Source of the DNA: Candidatus Woesebacteria bacterium
Lineage (GTDB): Bacteria > Patescibacteriota > Microgenomatia > UBA12405
Assembly: GCA_035402805.1 (NCBI GenBank)
Contig: DAONDY010000001.1
Location: forward strand, 84,098-148,097
Direction of reading: 5' to 3'
DNA: 64,000 nt
Part shown: positions 1 to 9,508 of the stretch, in pieces
Position numbering within the stretch: the first letter of the stretch is position 1
Layout of the letters: every line of letters starts with the position of its first letter
Translations under genes and position numbers: made by a program
Notes under the pieces: generated by a model
What the model was told of the DNA's origin: nothing
The model's database searches: none
Seen by the model: only the letters and a program-made list of their open reading frames with translations

Positions 1-22
1 GTCTAAGGCCTCAAATTTACCT

Positions 23-619
23 TTGCCAGTTTTAGGAGAAATGTCTACTTCTATTACCCATAATACTGATATAATAGGATCATCAACCAATATTAGTTCA
101 CCTAAAAAAAATATGGAAAACAAAAAAAAGAATCTCCTCCCCATCGTTGCAGTTTTTATTTTCACTGCCGCTTTAGCTTCAATTATAATTTGGGTTGTTT
201 TAAATCGAAATACTAGCGAAATTGAAAATCCAGTCGACAATAAAGAAGTAATTGAAACCAATATCACTCCAACAGAAATTCCGCTACCGACTCCAACTAT
301 TGCTGAAATCAGTAAAAAAATTAAAATCCAAGTTTTAAACGCTACTGAAATTAACGGCCAAGCCGCTACAGTTAAAGCTATCCTTACTAAACTCGGTTTT
401 GAAAATGTTGCTGTTGGTAATGCTAAAATCTCTGCTACTGAAAATTCAGTTCAAGTCAAAGACGCTTCAGTCTCTGCCTATTTTGAATCTAAATTAGCTA
501 CCGATTTTCCAGCTACCTATACTGAAGACCTAACTAAGACTTCTAACTATGATGCTGTCTTTACCATTGGTACTGATTTAAGTGGCAAAGTTGCTACCCC
601 AACCGCTGCTGAAGAGTAA
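23..619 (+). CDS. Membrane-anchored LytR C-terminal-domain protein (may extend 5' of the window)
   Basis: Single TM helix, PTP linker, then IQVLNATEINGQA...LGF...VGNA...FTIGTD typical of LytR_C; frame is open back to the window edge. Confidence 0.75.
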   Translation: MPVLGEMSTSITHNTDIIGSSTNISSPKKNMENKKKNLLPIVAVFIFTAALASIIIWVVLNRNTSEIENPVDNKEVIETNITPTEIPLPTPTIAEISKKIKIQVLNATEINGQAATVKAILTKLGFENVAVGNAKISATENSVQVKDASVSAYFESKLATDFPATYTEDLTKTSNYDAVFTIGTDLSGKVATPTAAEE

Positions 620-639
620 TTTTTTTAAATTATCAAATC

Positions 640-667
640 AAATCCCTCGTGCAAGCGGGGGATTTTT
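640..667 (+). terminator. Intrinsic terminator
   Basis: AAATCCCTCGT-GCAA-GCGGGGGATTT hairpin plus T tract after the stop. Confidence 0.8.
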
Positions 668-685
668 AGTTTTAATAATTTTTTC

Positions 686-749
686 CAACAAAAAACCCGA
701 ACAAAAAATTAATAATGCCTAAGCATCACTAAATTTCGATCGGGTTTTT
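686..749 (-). terminator. Long terminal hairpin/terminator of cassette A
   Basis: Minus strand AAAAACCCGA...TAGTGATGC-TTAG-GCATTATTA...TCGGGTTTTTT; G-U pairs favour the minus strand. Confidence 0.7.
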
Positions 750-1609
750 CAGAATGTTGAATTATTGTATTGGGAGTGTACCTTTAGCCCACATCTTAGC
801 AATAACTGCCAAAAAGAAGCCATCAGAACAGGTAGAGATGAAGTCTTTCAGTTCACTTATACGGCGAACCTTAACTTTCGATCTGACTTCGAACTTGTCG
901 GTGTTCTCACCGTCAAAAACAAAATCAGAGGCCAATACAATTGAAAACAGAAATGGCGAATTGTTCGTCATTCCCTAATCAGGTGAATACTGACCAAGTT
1001 GATCAATCGAAAGAATGGTTGTTGAAGTGACACCCATTTCTTCCTTAAGTTCTCGAACCATATTGGCCAGGAATTTCTCGGCAGTTGCCATATCTACTTC
1101 TTCGGCAAATCCACCAGGCAGATCAATACAGGTTTTTCCGCCGGCCGCAAATTTCTCTGCTTCCAGATAGGTAAAGGAGTTGATCTTTCCGAACGAATCG
1201 GCCAGGAATACTATGCCCTTAGCTCCGCTCATGACGCCCTTCGCCCACGAGAAGTATTCATACTTGAACATCTTCCCTTCAGGGTTTCTGACATCAAAGC
1301 GGGTCAGGCAGCCGAATCCGCCGGTAAGCAGTTCGGACATTGCCACGACTTCGAGTCCACCGATTACGTCGTTTCTGTTTGCCAGATCGACAAGGTAGCC
1401 TGTCCAGCTGTCGCCCAAATTTTCAATCATAGATTGAAGTTCTGTTGTTGTGTTCTGATACCATTGTCTTGTTTGAATCTTTTTCAACGCTTCCAACTTA
1501 TTCATTTCAAACCTCTTTCTCCTCATTTCATCTTTCTAACGAACAGGAATCTGGTCCAGAATTATCAGGAACACATTCCTATTCACCATAAGATTTTCAA
1601 CAAATCTGA
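749..1609 (-). repeat. Imperfect inverted repeat enclosing the cassette A ORF (arms 1596-1609 and 749-761)
   Basis: Minus strand TCAGATTTGTTGAA upstream and TTCAACATTCTGA directly after the TAA stop. Confidence 0.6.
762..1505 (-). pseudogene. Nudix hydrolase (ADP-ribose pyrophosphatase-like) interrupted by in-frame TAG at 975-977 (pseudogene, error or readthrough)
   Basis: Nudix-like LPGG...RELKEEMG; ORFs 975..1526 and 762..971 are in the same frame and read LGQYSPD*GMTNNSPFLF; SD-like AAAGAGGT precedes ATG at 1505. Confidence 0.7.
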
Positions 1610-1678
1610 TTTTAAAAGTACTGAATTTTTAGTTTTTAAAACTAGCTTTTAGTTATAAAATCCATCAAATTCATAAAA

Positions 1679-1707
1679 ATTATATCCTATAATACTATTT
1701 TTGTCAA
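1679..1707 (-). promoter_or_regulatory. Consensus sigma70 promoter of cassette A
   Basis: TTGACA-17 nt-TATAAT on the minus strand. Confidence 0.8.
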
Positions 1708-1772
1708 TTTATAAGATTAATTTTAAAGTTAAACTTGCCTTACTAATCCTAATTGAGTAAAATGAGTTTACT

Positions 1773-2780
1773 ATGAAAATTTTAATTACCGGCGGTTGTG
1801 GTTTTATTGGTTCGAATTTTATTAAATATTGGTTTAAAAATCATCCCCAAGATTCCATTATTAATCTCGATAAGATGACTTATGCCGCCAATCCTCGCAA
1901 TTTGGTTGAGTTTGAAAATAATCCTAATTATAAATTTGTCCAAGGTGACATTTTAGATGAAAAAATTGTCGATGATTTAGTTTCTCAAATTGATGCTATT
2001 GTCCATTTTGCCGCTGAATCTCATGTTGATAGATCAATTGATGACCCTTCACTTTTTGTTCGTACCAATGTTTTAGGCACCTATAATTTATTAATGGCCG
2101 CTAAAAAATATCAAAAACGATTTCACCATATTTCCACTGATGAAGTTTTTGGTACCATCGAGCTTGATTCTACTGATCAATTTAACGAATCTACTCCTTA
2201 CGATCCTTCCAGTCCTTATTCTGCCTCCAAAGCTTCCTCTGATCATTTAGTTCGATCTTTCTATAAAACTTTTGGTCTTCCCGTCACCATCAGTAACTGT
2301 TCCAATAATTATGGTCCCTATCAGCATCCCGAAAAGATGATTCCTCGATCTATTACTAGTCTTTTAACTGGTGGCAAAATCAAAGTTTATGGACAAGGTT
2401 TAAATTTCCGCGATTGGCTTCATGTTGAGGATCATTGTCGAGCTATCGAATTAATTCTATTAAATGGAAAGATAGGTGAAACATATTGCATTGGTGGTCT
2501 TAAAAAGGGAACTAATAATATGGAATTAGTTAGACTTCTTTTAAAATTAATGAATAAGGGTGAAGATTCTCTAGAATATGTAGCCGACCGACCAGCCCAT
2601 GATAATTATGCCGTAAATTGGGACAAAATAAATAAAGAACTTGGTTGGAAACCAAAATATGATTTAGAATCTGGTTTAAAGCAAACCGTCGATTGGTATA
2701 CTGCTAATCAAACCTGGTGGCAGGAAACCAAAAAAGAAGCTGAAGAATTCTATATTAAATTAAACAGTTTAAAAAAATAA
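1773..2780 (+). CDS. rfbB: dTDP-glucose 4,6-dehydratase
   Basis: GGCGFIG, HFAAESHVDRS, STDEV, YSASK, NNYGP motifs. Confidence 0.97.
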   Translation: MKILITGGCGFIGSNFIKYWFKNHPQDSIINLDKMTYAANPRNLVEFENNPNYKFVQGDILDEKIVDDLVSQIDAIVHFAAESHVDRSIDDPSLFVRTNVLGTYNLLMAAKKYQKRFHHISTDEVFGTIELDSTDQFNESTPYDPSSPYSASKASSDHLVRSFYKTFGLPVTISNCSNNYGPYQHPEKMIPRSITSLLTGGKIKVYGQGLNFRDWLHVEDHCRAIELILLNGKIGETYCIGGLKKGTNNMELVRLLLKLMNKGEDSLEYVADRPAHDNYAVNWDKINKELGWKPKYDLESGLKQTVDWYTANQTWWQETKKEAEEFYIKLNSLKK

Positions 2781-3337
2781 TGCCCGAATTTATTAAAACT
2801 AAAATTGAAGGCTTAATTATTGTCAAACCTACAGTATTTACCGACGACAGGGGATTTTTTATGGAAACATATTCCAAAAAAATTTTTGCCGAAAATGGTA
2901 TTGATGTTGAATTTGTTCAAGACAATCATTCTCAATCAACTAAAGGTGTTCTCCGTGGTCTTCACTTTCAAAAACCACCCTTTTCTCAAGACAAGTTAAT
3001 TCGTTGTACCCGTGGCGAAGTTTTTGATGTTGCGGTTGACTTACGATCAAATTCCCCCACTTTTGGTCAATGGGAGGGAGTTACCCTTTCTGCTGAGAAT
3101 AAAAATATGTTTTTTATTCCTAAAGGTTTTGCTCATGGTTTTTTAGTTTTATCAGATGTTGCCGATTTCCAATATAAATGTTCTGCTTTTTACAACAAGG
3201 AGTCTGAATCGGGTTTATTATGGAATGATCCAGATATCGCCATCGATTGGCCTAAATTAGAGTCAGAATTTATTTTGTCCGATAAAGATAAACTCTGGCC
3301 AAGTTTTTCCGAAATTAAAAACAATCCAATTTTCTAA
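2780..3337 (+). CDS. rfbC: dTDP-4-dehydrorhamnose 3,5-epimerase
   Basis: DDRGFF, VQDNHS, LRGLHFQ, GFAHGF motifs. Confidence 0.97.
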   Translation: MPEFIKTKIEGLIIVKPTVFTDDRGFFMETYSKKIFAENGIDVEFVQDNHSQSTKGVLRGLHFQKPPFSQDKLIRCTRGEVFDVAVDLRSNSPTFGQWEGVTLSAENKNMFFIPKGFAHGFLVLSDVADFQYKCSAFYNKESESGLLWNDPDIAIDWPKLESEFILSDKDKLWPSFSEIKNNPIF

Positions 3338-3339
3338 AT

Positions 3340-4236
3340 ATGCAAAAAATAATCGGCACCGGTCTCTCCGGTTTAGTTGGTTCTCGAATAGTTGAGTTAT
3401 TAAAGGATAAATTCGAATTTGTCGATTTTTCTTTGGATAAAGGTATTAATATATTAGATAATGCCAGTCTTTCCACTGCTTTTGAACTAAACAAAGATGC
3501 TGTTACTGTCCTTCACCTCGCTGCCTTTACTGATACTAATGCCGCTTGGGAGCAAAAGGGCGATAAATCTGGAATTTGTTACCAATTAAACGTTGAAGGC
3601 ACCAGAAATATTTTAAATTTAGCCCAAAAATACAATCAATATTTAATCTACATTTCCACTGATTTTGTTTTTGATGGCACTAAAAACACCCCCTATTTAG
3701 AAACCGACACCCCAAATCCCATCGAATGGTACGGCGAAACTAAATATCTTGGTGAAAAAGTTATTACCGATTCTGGCTACCAAAATTTTAATATTTCTCG
3801 AATTACTTATCCTTATCGTGCCAATTTTGACAAAAAACCCGACATTATTAAAAAAGTTTTAGCTAAACTTCAAAATAACGAACCAGTCAAAATGTTTTCC
3901 GATCAAATTTGTACCTATACTTTCATCGACGATATTGCCCAAGTTTTGGGATATTTTTTAGAAAACAAAGCTACTGGGATTTACCATTTAGTTGGTTCTT
4001 CGTCTCATTCTCCTTATGAAATGGCCAAATTAGTCGCTAAGGCTTTTGGATTTGATGAAAATTCAGTTCAAGCTTCTAGCTTGGAGGATTATATAAAATC
4101 ACAATCAGCCGATTCTCGTCCTTGGCAAAAAACCCTTATTACCTCCAATCAAAAAGCCAAATCTTTAGGCCTATCTTTTAAAACTCTCGAAGAAGGCTTA
4201 GAAGAAATTAAAAACCAAATAAATTATGGAAGGTAA
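3340..4236 (+). CDS. rfbD: dTDP-4-dehydrorhamnose reductase
   Basis: GLSGLVG, ISTDFVFDG, YGETK motifs; operon context. Confidence 0.9.
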   Translation: MQKIIGTGLSGLVGSRIVELLKDKFEFVDFSLDKGINILDNASLSTAFELNKDAVTVLHLAAFTDTNAAWEQKGDKSGICYQLNVEGTRNILNLAQKYNQYLIYISTDFVFDGTKNTPYLETDTPNPIEWYGETKYLGEKVITDSGYQNFNISRITYPYRANFDKKPDIIKKVLAKLQNNEPVKMFSDQICTYTFIDDIAQVLGYFLENKATGIYHLVGSSSHSPYEMAKLVAKAFGFDENSVQASSLEDYIKSQSADSRPWQKTLITSNQKAKSLGLSFKTLEEGLEEIKNQINYGR

Positions 4237-4891
4237 TTCAGAATTTATCCCAAAGTCAGACAATATTCGTTATCAACCTCGATGTGCCAACAAAGATACT
4301 GTCACAGAAACCATTTTTGGTTCTTATCAAGGCAGTTATGAATATATTCCAATTGATAAAGCTATCGAAAATATTCCCGATCCTTATGGTATTTTTCCAA
4401 AATTAGAAACCTCTCTAAAAGATTTCAAAAATTTATCTAATGCCGAAATCACCCAAAAAATAGCCGAAATCGTTACCACTAATACTGACATCCCAATTAT
4501 TATTGAACCATTTCAAAATTACGATCAACTTCGTGGAAAATTAGATAATGGTAATGTTTATTTTCATCAAAATTCATCAATGGAAAAAGTTTTTGGAATT
4601 CATTCTAAACAATATGAACCAAATCAAGATCAAATCGATTTTAAGAATCCAAAGGGAAATGTCATTTTAATCAATCAACTTTTGATTGACGATAAAAACA
4701 CCACCAAAACCATCATTCATGAACTTGGTCATATCGTTGAAGAAAAAATTTTAGATCCAGACCAAGAAAGAACAGAAGTTGTTTCAGCTATGTATGGATA
4801 TAAAATGGCCAAAATATTAGACTTTGAAGAAGTTGCCCAAAATCAAAAAGATCTTTATGATTTTGTTTTAACTGGTAACGTTAATCCCTAA
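4226..4891 (+). CDS. Hypothetical protein with HExxH (zincin-like) motif
   Basis: IIHELGHIVE with a downstream Glu; overlaps the rfbD stop. Confidence 0.55.
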   Translation: MEGNSEFIPKSDNIRYQPRCANKDTVTETIFGSYQGSYEYIPIDKAIENIPDPYGIFPKLETSLKDFKNLSNAEITQKIAEIVTTNTDIPIIIEPFQNYDQLRGKLDNGNVYFHQNSSMEKVFGIHSKQYEPNQDQIDFKNPKGNVILINQLLIDDKNTTKTIIHELGHIVEEKILDPDQERTEVVSAMYGYKMAKILDFEEVAQNQKDLYDFVLTGNVNP

Positions 4892-6066
4892 TCTATCATC
4901 TCCACTAATTTTTTTGCTTCCCTTACCGCAAAATTAATTCCCCTGTCTTCAGGATAAATCTGGGCAAAATTTAATTGGTATAAGTTTTTTCCAATTTTGT
5001 ATTTTGGTTTTTTATAATTAGTCGTTACGATATGCTGAGCATTTTTAAATCTAAAAACCTTTTTTTCCAAAATTTGTTTTTCATCAAAATCAGGCTTAAT
5101 TTTCTTTAAATAATCAAAAAATTCTTTTTCAACTTTTTCTTCTTTAATTTTAAAATACTTATGATTTTTAGGCACATAAGTTCCTAAATAATAAATATTT
5201 TTTCCGTCATAATTTTCACTGCCCACCAAATTAGTGTGTTGAATTAAAGCCAAAAAAGGGGAGTTTAAATCATTAATATTATGCCAATAATATTTACTCA
5301 AGTTTTGGTTAGATGAAAAAATCACATTTACCGCTCCCACATAATCAATATTTTTAGTTGGTCTAGTGTCAATTACAATATCAAAATCATTTTCTAATTT
5401 TTTAAGATCATTAATTTCTTTATTAACGATGTTTACTTTTTCTTTCAATTTATCAATTATTTGTCCAAATCCACCATCTAAATATCCTAAGACTTCTTGC
5501 CCTTTTTCATTTTTTGAACCTCCTCTAGTATGAATTCTTGCCCACAACCACGCCATTGAAACATCTTTATAATATTTATGGAATTTTCCTTTTAAAAGTG
5601 GTTTCCAAATTACATCAAATGCTTGTTTTCCTGCCCATTTTTCCATCCAATCATTAGCTGTCGTTTTTTCATATCTTAAAAAATTATTATCAAATTTAAG
5701 CCATAAATAGACCATTCCTAACCTAAATTTAGAGACCAAGTCTAGTTTATTGAATTTTAATAAATCAATTACTCCCATAAATGGGTACATTTTTTTCTCA
5801 AAATAAAGGCAGACGGTACTTTTATACCATTTTAATTTATTAGATAATCCCAATTCTTCAATTAAATCAATGATTTCTTTATCGGTTTTAAAAATATGAT
5901 GATAGGTTTTTTCTAAATTATTACCGGCCATCTTAAAGTCCGAAATTAATCCTCCAATTTCTTTTTCTTTTTCAAAAACAGTTACCTCGTAACCCTTTTT
6001 AAATAGTTCATAACCTGCTGTTAAACCGCCGATTCCTGCGCCAATAATCGCCGCTTTTTTTTTCAT
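4888..6066 (-). CDS. FAD-dependent oxidoreductase (amine oxidase/protoporphyrinogen oxidase-like)
   Basis: GAGIGGL Rossmann motif, EKEKEIGG, YHHIF, YPEDRG. Confidence 0.85.
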   Translation of the reverse strand: MKKKAAIIGAGIGGLTAGYELFKKGYEVTVFEKEKEIGGLISDFKMAGNNLEKTYHHIFKTDKEIIDLIEELGLSNKLKWYKSTVCLYFEKKMYPFMGVIDLLKFNKLDLVSKFRLGMVYLWLKFDNNFLRYEKTTANDWMEKWAGKQAFDVIWKPLLKGKFHKYYKDVSMAWLWARIHTRGGSKNEKGQEVLGYLDGGFGQIIDKLKEKVNIVNKEINDLKKLENDFDIVIDTRPTKNIDYVGAVNVIFSSNQNLSKYYWHNINDLNSPFLALIQHTNLVGSENYDGKNIYYLGTYVPKNHKYFKIKEEKVEKEFFDYLKKIKPDFDEKQILEKKVFRFKNAQHIVTTNYKKPKYKIGKNLYQLNFAQIYPEDRGINFAVREAKKLVEMID

Positions 6067-6152
6067 AAATTATGGTATCATAAGTCCATCGCTGTTGCTT
6101 TAATGCAACGGTTTTTATTATTAAATTTTTTTAAAAGCTAAAGAATTAAAAT

Positions 6153-8255
6153 ATGGCTGAACAAATTAAGCTTACCAAAAATCGCGACGTACCTATGGAT
6201 AAAGTCCGAAATATCGGAATTATTGCTCATATTGATGGTGGTAAAACAACCACTACTGAACGTCTTTTATTTTATACTGGAAACATTCACAAAATCGGTT
6301 CCGTCGATGCTGGTACCACCACCACCGATTCTATGGTTCAAGAGAGAGAACGAGGTATCACCATTCAATCTGCCTGTGTGACTACTTTTTGGCATGATTA
6401 TCGTCTAAATATCATTGATACTCCGGGACACGTTGATTTTACCGCCGAAGTGGAACGATCTCTTCGTGTTCTTGATGGTGCCATTATGATTTTTGATGGA
6501 AATGCCGGTGTTCAGGCTCAATCTGAAACAGTTTGGCGACAGGCCGATAAATACGGTGTTCCTCGAATTGCCTTTGTTAATAAAATGGACAAAATTGGTG
6601 CTTCTTTTCAGGGTACTTTAGATAGTATTAACGAGAAACTTCATGCTCCTATCTGTCCTGTAGTTTTACCTATTGGTGAAGAACACGATTTTATGGGGGT
6701 TATCGATCTCATGAATATGGAGATGATTATTTATGATAAAGATGAAGAAGGTATGGATTTTACCAGAAAACCTGTCACTGACGAATTTAAAGAAAAAGCC
6801 CTTAAAGCCAGAGCTCTTATGGTTGAAAAAATTGCCGGCGAAGATGAAGTTTTAATGGAAAAATTCTTAAATGATCAAGAAATTTCTATTCCTGAATTAA
6901 AAGCCACTCTTAGAAAAGCTACTATTGCTCGAAAATTATTTCCAATTTACTGTGGTGCCGCTTGGAGAAACAAAGGTATTCATCCGATTCTAGACGGTAT
7001 CGTTGATTATTTACCTTCTCCTCTCGATTTACCCCCAGTTGAAGGTTATGATCCAGAAACTAATGATGTAATTACTCGAAAACCAGAAAAAACAGAACCA
7101 TTGTCAGCTCTTTTATTTAAAGTTCAGTCCGATCCACATGTTGGAACTTTATCCTATGTTAGAGTATATTCTGGTACATTAAAATCCGGATCCGAGGTCT
7201 ATAACACCACTAAACAAAAATCAGAACGTATTGGTCGTTTACTTTTAATGCATGCTGATAAAAGAGAAGGAATAGAAGAAGGTTTTGCTGGAGAAATCGT
7301 GGCGTGTATTGGTTTAAAAGAATCTACCACTGGTGATACTTTATGTGACTCTAATAATGTTATTTCTTTATCACCAATTCAATTTGCTGAACCAGTTATT
7401 TCTCTTTCCATTGAACCTGCCACTGCTGATGATCAAGAAAAAATGGGTGCTGCTTTAAACCGCTTAGCTGTTGAAGATCCAACCTTTAGAGTTTCTTATA
7501 ACCAAGAAACTGGTCAAACAATCATCGCTGGAATGGGCGAACTTTATCTTGAAATCATTGTTGATCGTTTAAAAAGAGAATTTGGTGTCAACGTAAAGAC
7601 CGGTGCTCCTCAAGTCGCTTATCGAGAAACCATTTCACAAAATGCCGATGGTGAGGGTAAATATATTCATCAATCTGGCGGTCATGGTCAATACGGTCAC
7701 TGTAAAATCAAAGTTGAACCAAAAGAAAGAGGGGAAGGTTACGAATTTGTTAATGCTGTCAAAGGTGGAGCAATTCCCGCCAACTTTATTCCAGCCATTG
7801 AAAAAGGTGTTAAAGAAACTTTACAAAAAGGTATTATTGCTGGTTTTCCAGCTACTGATATCAAAGTAACAGTTTATGATGGAACCTACCACGAAGTCGA
7901 TTCTTCTGAAATGGCTTTCAAATTAGCCGGTGCTTATGCTATTAAAGATGCTTTTGCTGCTGCTAAGCCCTTGGTTTTGGAACCTATCATGAAATTTGAA
8001 GTTGCCGCTCCATCTGAATTTTTAGGAACAGTTATTGGCGATTTATCTTCTCGACGTGGTCAAATTAATGGAACTGAAGATAGTCATGGTTTCACCACTG
8101 TTCATGCTTTCGTTCCTTTAGAGGCTGTCGGTGGTTATGCCACTGTTATCAGATCTCTAACTCAAGGTAGAGGATCTTTTTATATGGAACCTTGCCGTTA
8201 TGACCCAGTCCCTCGCGACATCCAGGAAAAATTAACCACTAAAACCAACGGTTAA
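6153..8255 (+). CDS. fusA: Elongation factor G
   Basis: NIGIIAHIDGGKTT, RGITIQSA, DTPGHVDF, NKMD, HEVDSSEMAF. Confidence 0.98.
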   Translation: MAEQIKLTKNRDVPMDKVRNIGIIAHIDGGKTTTTERLLFYTGNIHKIGSVDAGTTTTDSMVQERERGITIQSACVTTFWHDYRLNIIDTPGHVDFTAEVERSLRVLDGAIMIFDGNAGVQAQSETVWRQADKYGVPRIAFVNKMDKIGASFQGTLDSINEKLHAPICPVVLPIGEEHDFMGVIDLMNMEMIIYDKDEEGMDFTRKPVTDEFKEKALKARALMVEKIAGEDEVLMEKFLNDQEISIPELKATLRKATIARKLFPIYCGAAWRNKGIHPILDGIVDYLPSPLDLPPVEGYDPETNDVITRKPEKTEPLSALLFKVQSDPHVGTLSYVRVYSGTLKSGSEVYNTTKQKSERIGRLLLMHADKREGIEEGFAGEIVACIGLKESTTGDTLCDSNNVISLSPIQFAEPVISLSIEPATADDQEKMGAALNRLAVEDPTFRVSYNQETGQTIIAGMGELYLEIIVDRLKREFGVNVKTGAPQVAYRETISQNADGEGKYIHQSGGHGQYGHCKIKVEPKERGEGYEFVNAVKGGAIPANFIPAIEKGVKETLQKGIIAGFPATDIKVTVYDGTYHEVDSSEMAFKLAGAYAIKDAFAAAKPLVLEPIMKFEVAAPSEFLGTVIGDLSSRRGQINGTEDSHGFTTVHAFVPLEAVGGYATVIRSLTQGRGSFYMEPCRYDPVPRDIQEKLTTKTNG

Positions 8256-8274
8256 TAATTCTCAATTTGATTTC

Positions 8275-8301
8275 AAATACCCCGCCATCGCGGGGTATTT
8301 T
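8275..8301 (+). terminator. fusA intrinsic terminator
   Basis: AAATACCCCGC-CATC-GCGGGGTATTTT. Confidence 0.85.
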
Positions 8302-8314
8302 ATTGCCTGAAATC

Positions 8315-8343
8315 TTGACTTTTTGACTAATTTATCCTATAAT
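8315..8343 (+). promoter_or_regulatory. Sigma70 promoter of cassette B
   Basis: TTGACT-17 nt-TATAAT. Confidence 0.8.
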
Positions 8344-8399
8344 AAGGACATATTGAAACATATTCTTTAAGCTGAACATCTTTCAATTGTACTTTAAAA

Positions 8400-8908
8400 G
8401 CTAGGTTGTAATTGATGAGCGGAAACATGGTTTCGATTTTTTGATGCCATCTTTCCGTTCATCAAGAACGAGAAAATTAAAAAGGTGGCTTCAATAATAT
8501 GGTTAAAATCGATCTGTGGATTGAGTTTTTCAATCCCCCAAAAGGACTCAAGAGTTGGTATTCGATCCCTTCTATAAGAATTTTATATCCTGAGATAATA
8601 GATCTAGATGAAAGTCTTTGGATAAAATGGTCCCTACCACTTTTTGATGTAAGTTTTTTTATTCAAAACGGTGGATGGCAAAATCTACCTCATTGTTTTC
8701 ACCTTGAAACTGGTGACTTTGATCCTGATTTCAAGTTAATGGATGAAGGCCAAGACTATCAAAAAATCGGTAATTTTTATGTAAAAAAGAGTCCTCTACA
8801 ACCAGGGGCGGTTTTTAACGGAGTAAACGATGATCTTTTTATATTTAAAAAACTAGGAGAGTATGAATACCTCGTTTCAAAACTATAATCTTACTTTTAC
8901 AACCTAGT
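8400..8908 (+). repeat. Inverted repeat enclosing the cassette B ORF (arms 8400-8411 and 8897-8908)
   Basis: GCTAGGTTGTAA upstream vs TTACAACCTAGT just after the stop: 11 Watson-Crick pairs plus one G-U. Confidence 0.75.
8499..8888 (+). CDS. Orphan hypothetical protein (cassette B payload)
   Basis: 129-aa ORF with own promoter, AAAGGTGG SD-like element and terminator; no family recognised. Confidence 0.6.
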   Translation: MVKIDLWIEFFNPPKGLKSWYSIPSIRILYPEIIDLDESLWIKWSLPLFDVSFFIQNGGWQNLPHCFHLETGDFDPDFKLMDEGQDYQKIGNFYVKKSPLQPGAVFNGVNDDLFIFKKLGEYEYLVSKL

Positions 8909-8910
8909 AG

Positions 8911-8968
8911 CCCGACACAGTAAGTCAAAACATTTAATTATGTTTCGCATGTGCCGGGTATTTTTTTT
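8911..8968 (+). terminator. Long terminal hairpin/terminator of cassette B
   Basis: CCCG-ACACA...AAACAT-TTAATT-ATGTTT...TGTG-C-CGGG followed by T8. Confidence 0.7.
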
Positions 8969-9003
8969 GTCTTTTTTCTGAAAGCTGTGTCGTAATAAAA
9001 ATT

Positions 9004-9300
9004 ATGAGTCTTGAATACATAGTTTATACAGATAAATCAAAAGAAACACCCAATAGCCTCATTGAAACCCAAGATAAAATTTTTATAGTTAGGGTTTTAA
9101 GTGAACATTTTTCTAAACCAGACAGTTTAACCGCTCAAGATGATGGAATTCCAATGGAAAATATTAATATTCCAGAACTAATAGAACGAGTCAAAAATAA
9201 CGATTGTCTTGGTACTTACTCATACAATGTCCATCAAATCAACGGAGACTTAACCAAAGTTGCTGCCTCAAGAGAATTGAAACGCCCCGATAATTTCTAA
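9004..9300 (+). CDS. Hypothetical protein
   Basis: 98-aa ORF filling the intergenic space; no recognisable motif. Confidence 0.55.
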   Translation: MSLEYIVYTDKSKETPNSLIETQDKIFIVRVLSEHFSKPDSLTAQDDGIPMENINIPELIERVKNNDCLGTYSYNVHQINGDLTKVAASRELKRPDNF

Positions 9301-9400
9301 AAGTTGATTTAAATATCTTTTTTTGTGCTAAAATTTTACTTAACTAGATTTAGATAATTATTTTTCTAAAAAAAGGCATTAAATTGCTTCTTTTTGTGTA

Positions 9401-9429
9401 TTGCAAAGCTCCAACTCAGCTGGTACAAT
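9401..9429 (+). promoter_or_regulatory. Putative promoter of the tuf-S10 operon
   Basis: TTGCAA-17 nt-TACAAT; a second extended -10 (TGcTAAAAT) lies at 9326-9334. Confidence 0.55.
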
Positions 9430-9508
9430 CTAAAAGCATTTTAATCTTAAATTATTAATTAAGAATTTCGTCTTAAACAAGACAAAAATAAAAAAAAGGA
9501 GAAAACAA

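Noticed and set aside
975-977. Genome-wide stop codon reassignment (TAG or TGA)
   Set aside because: Conserved genes end at their expected positions with TAG (rplP, gltX) and TGA (adk, recJ, dus), and no other gene shows internal stops
686-1707. Cassettes A-C as IS elements/MITEs or integron cassettes
   Set aside because: Repeat arms differ between copies and lie inside the transcription unit; I saw no target-site duplications, attC core sites, transposase or integrase in the window
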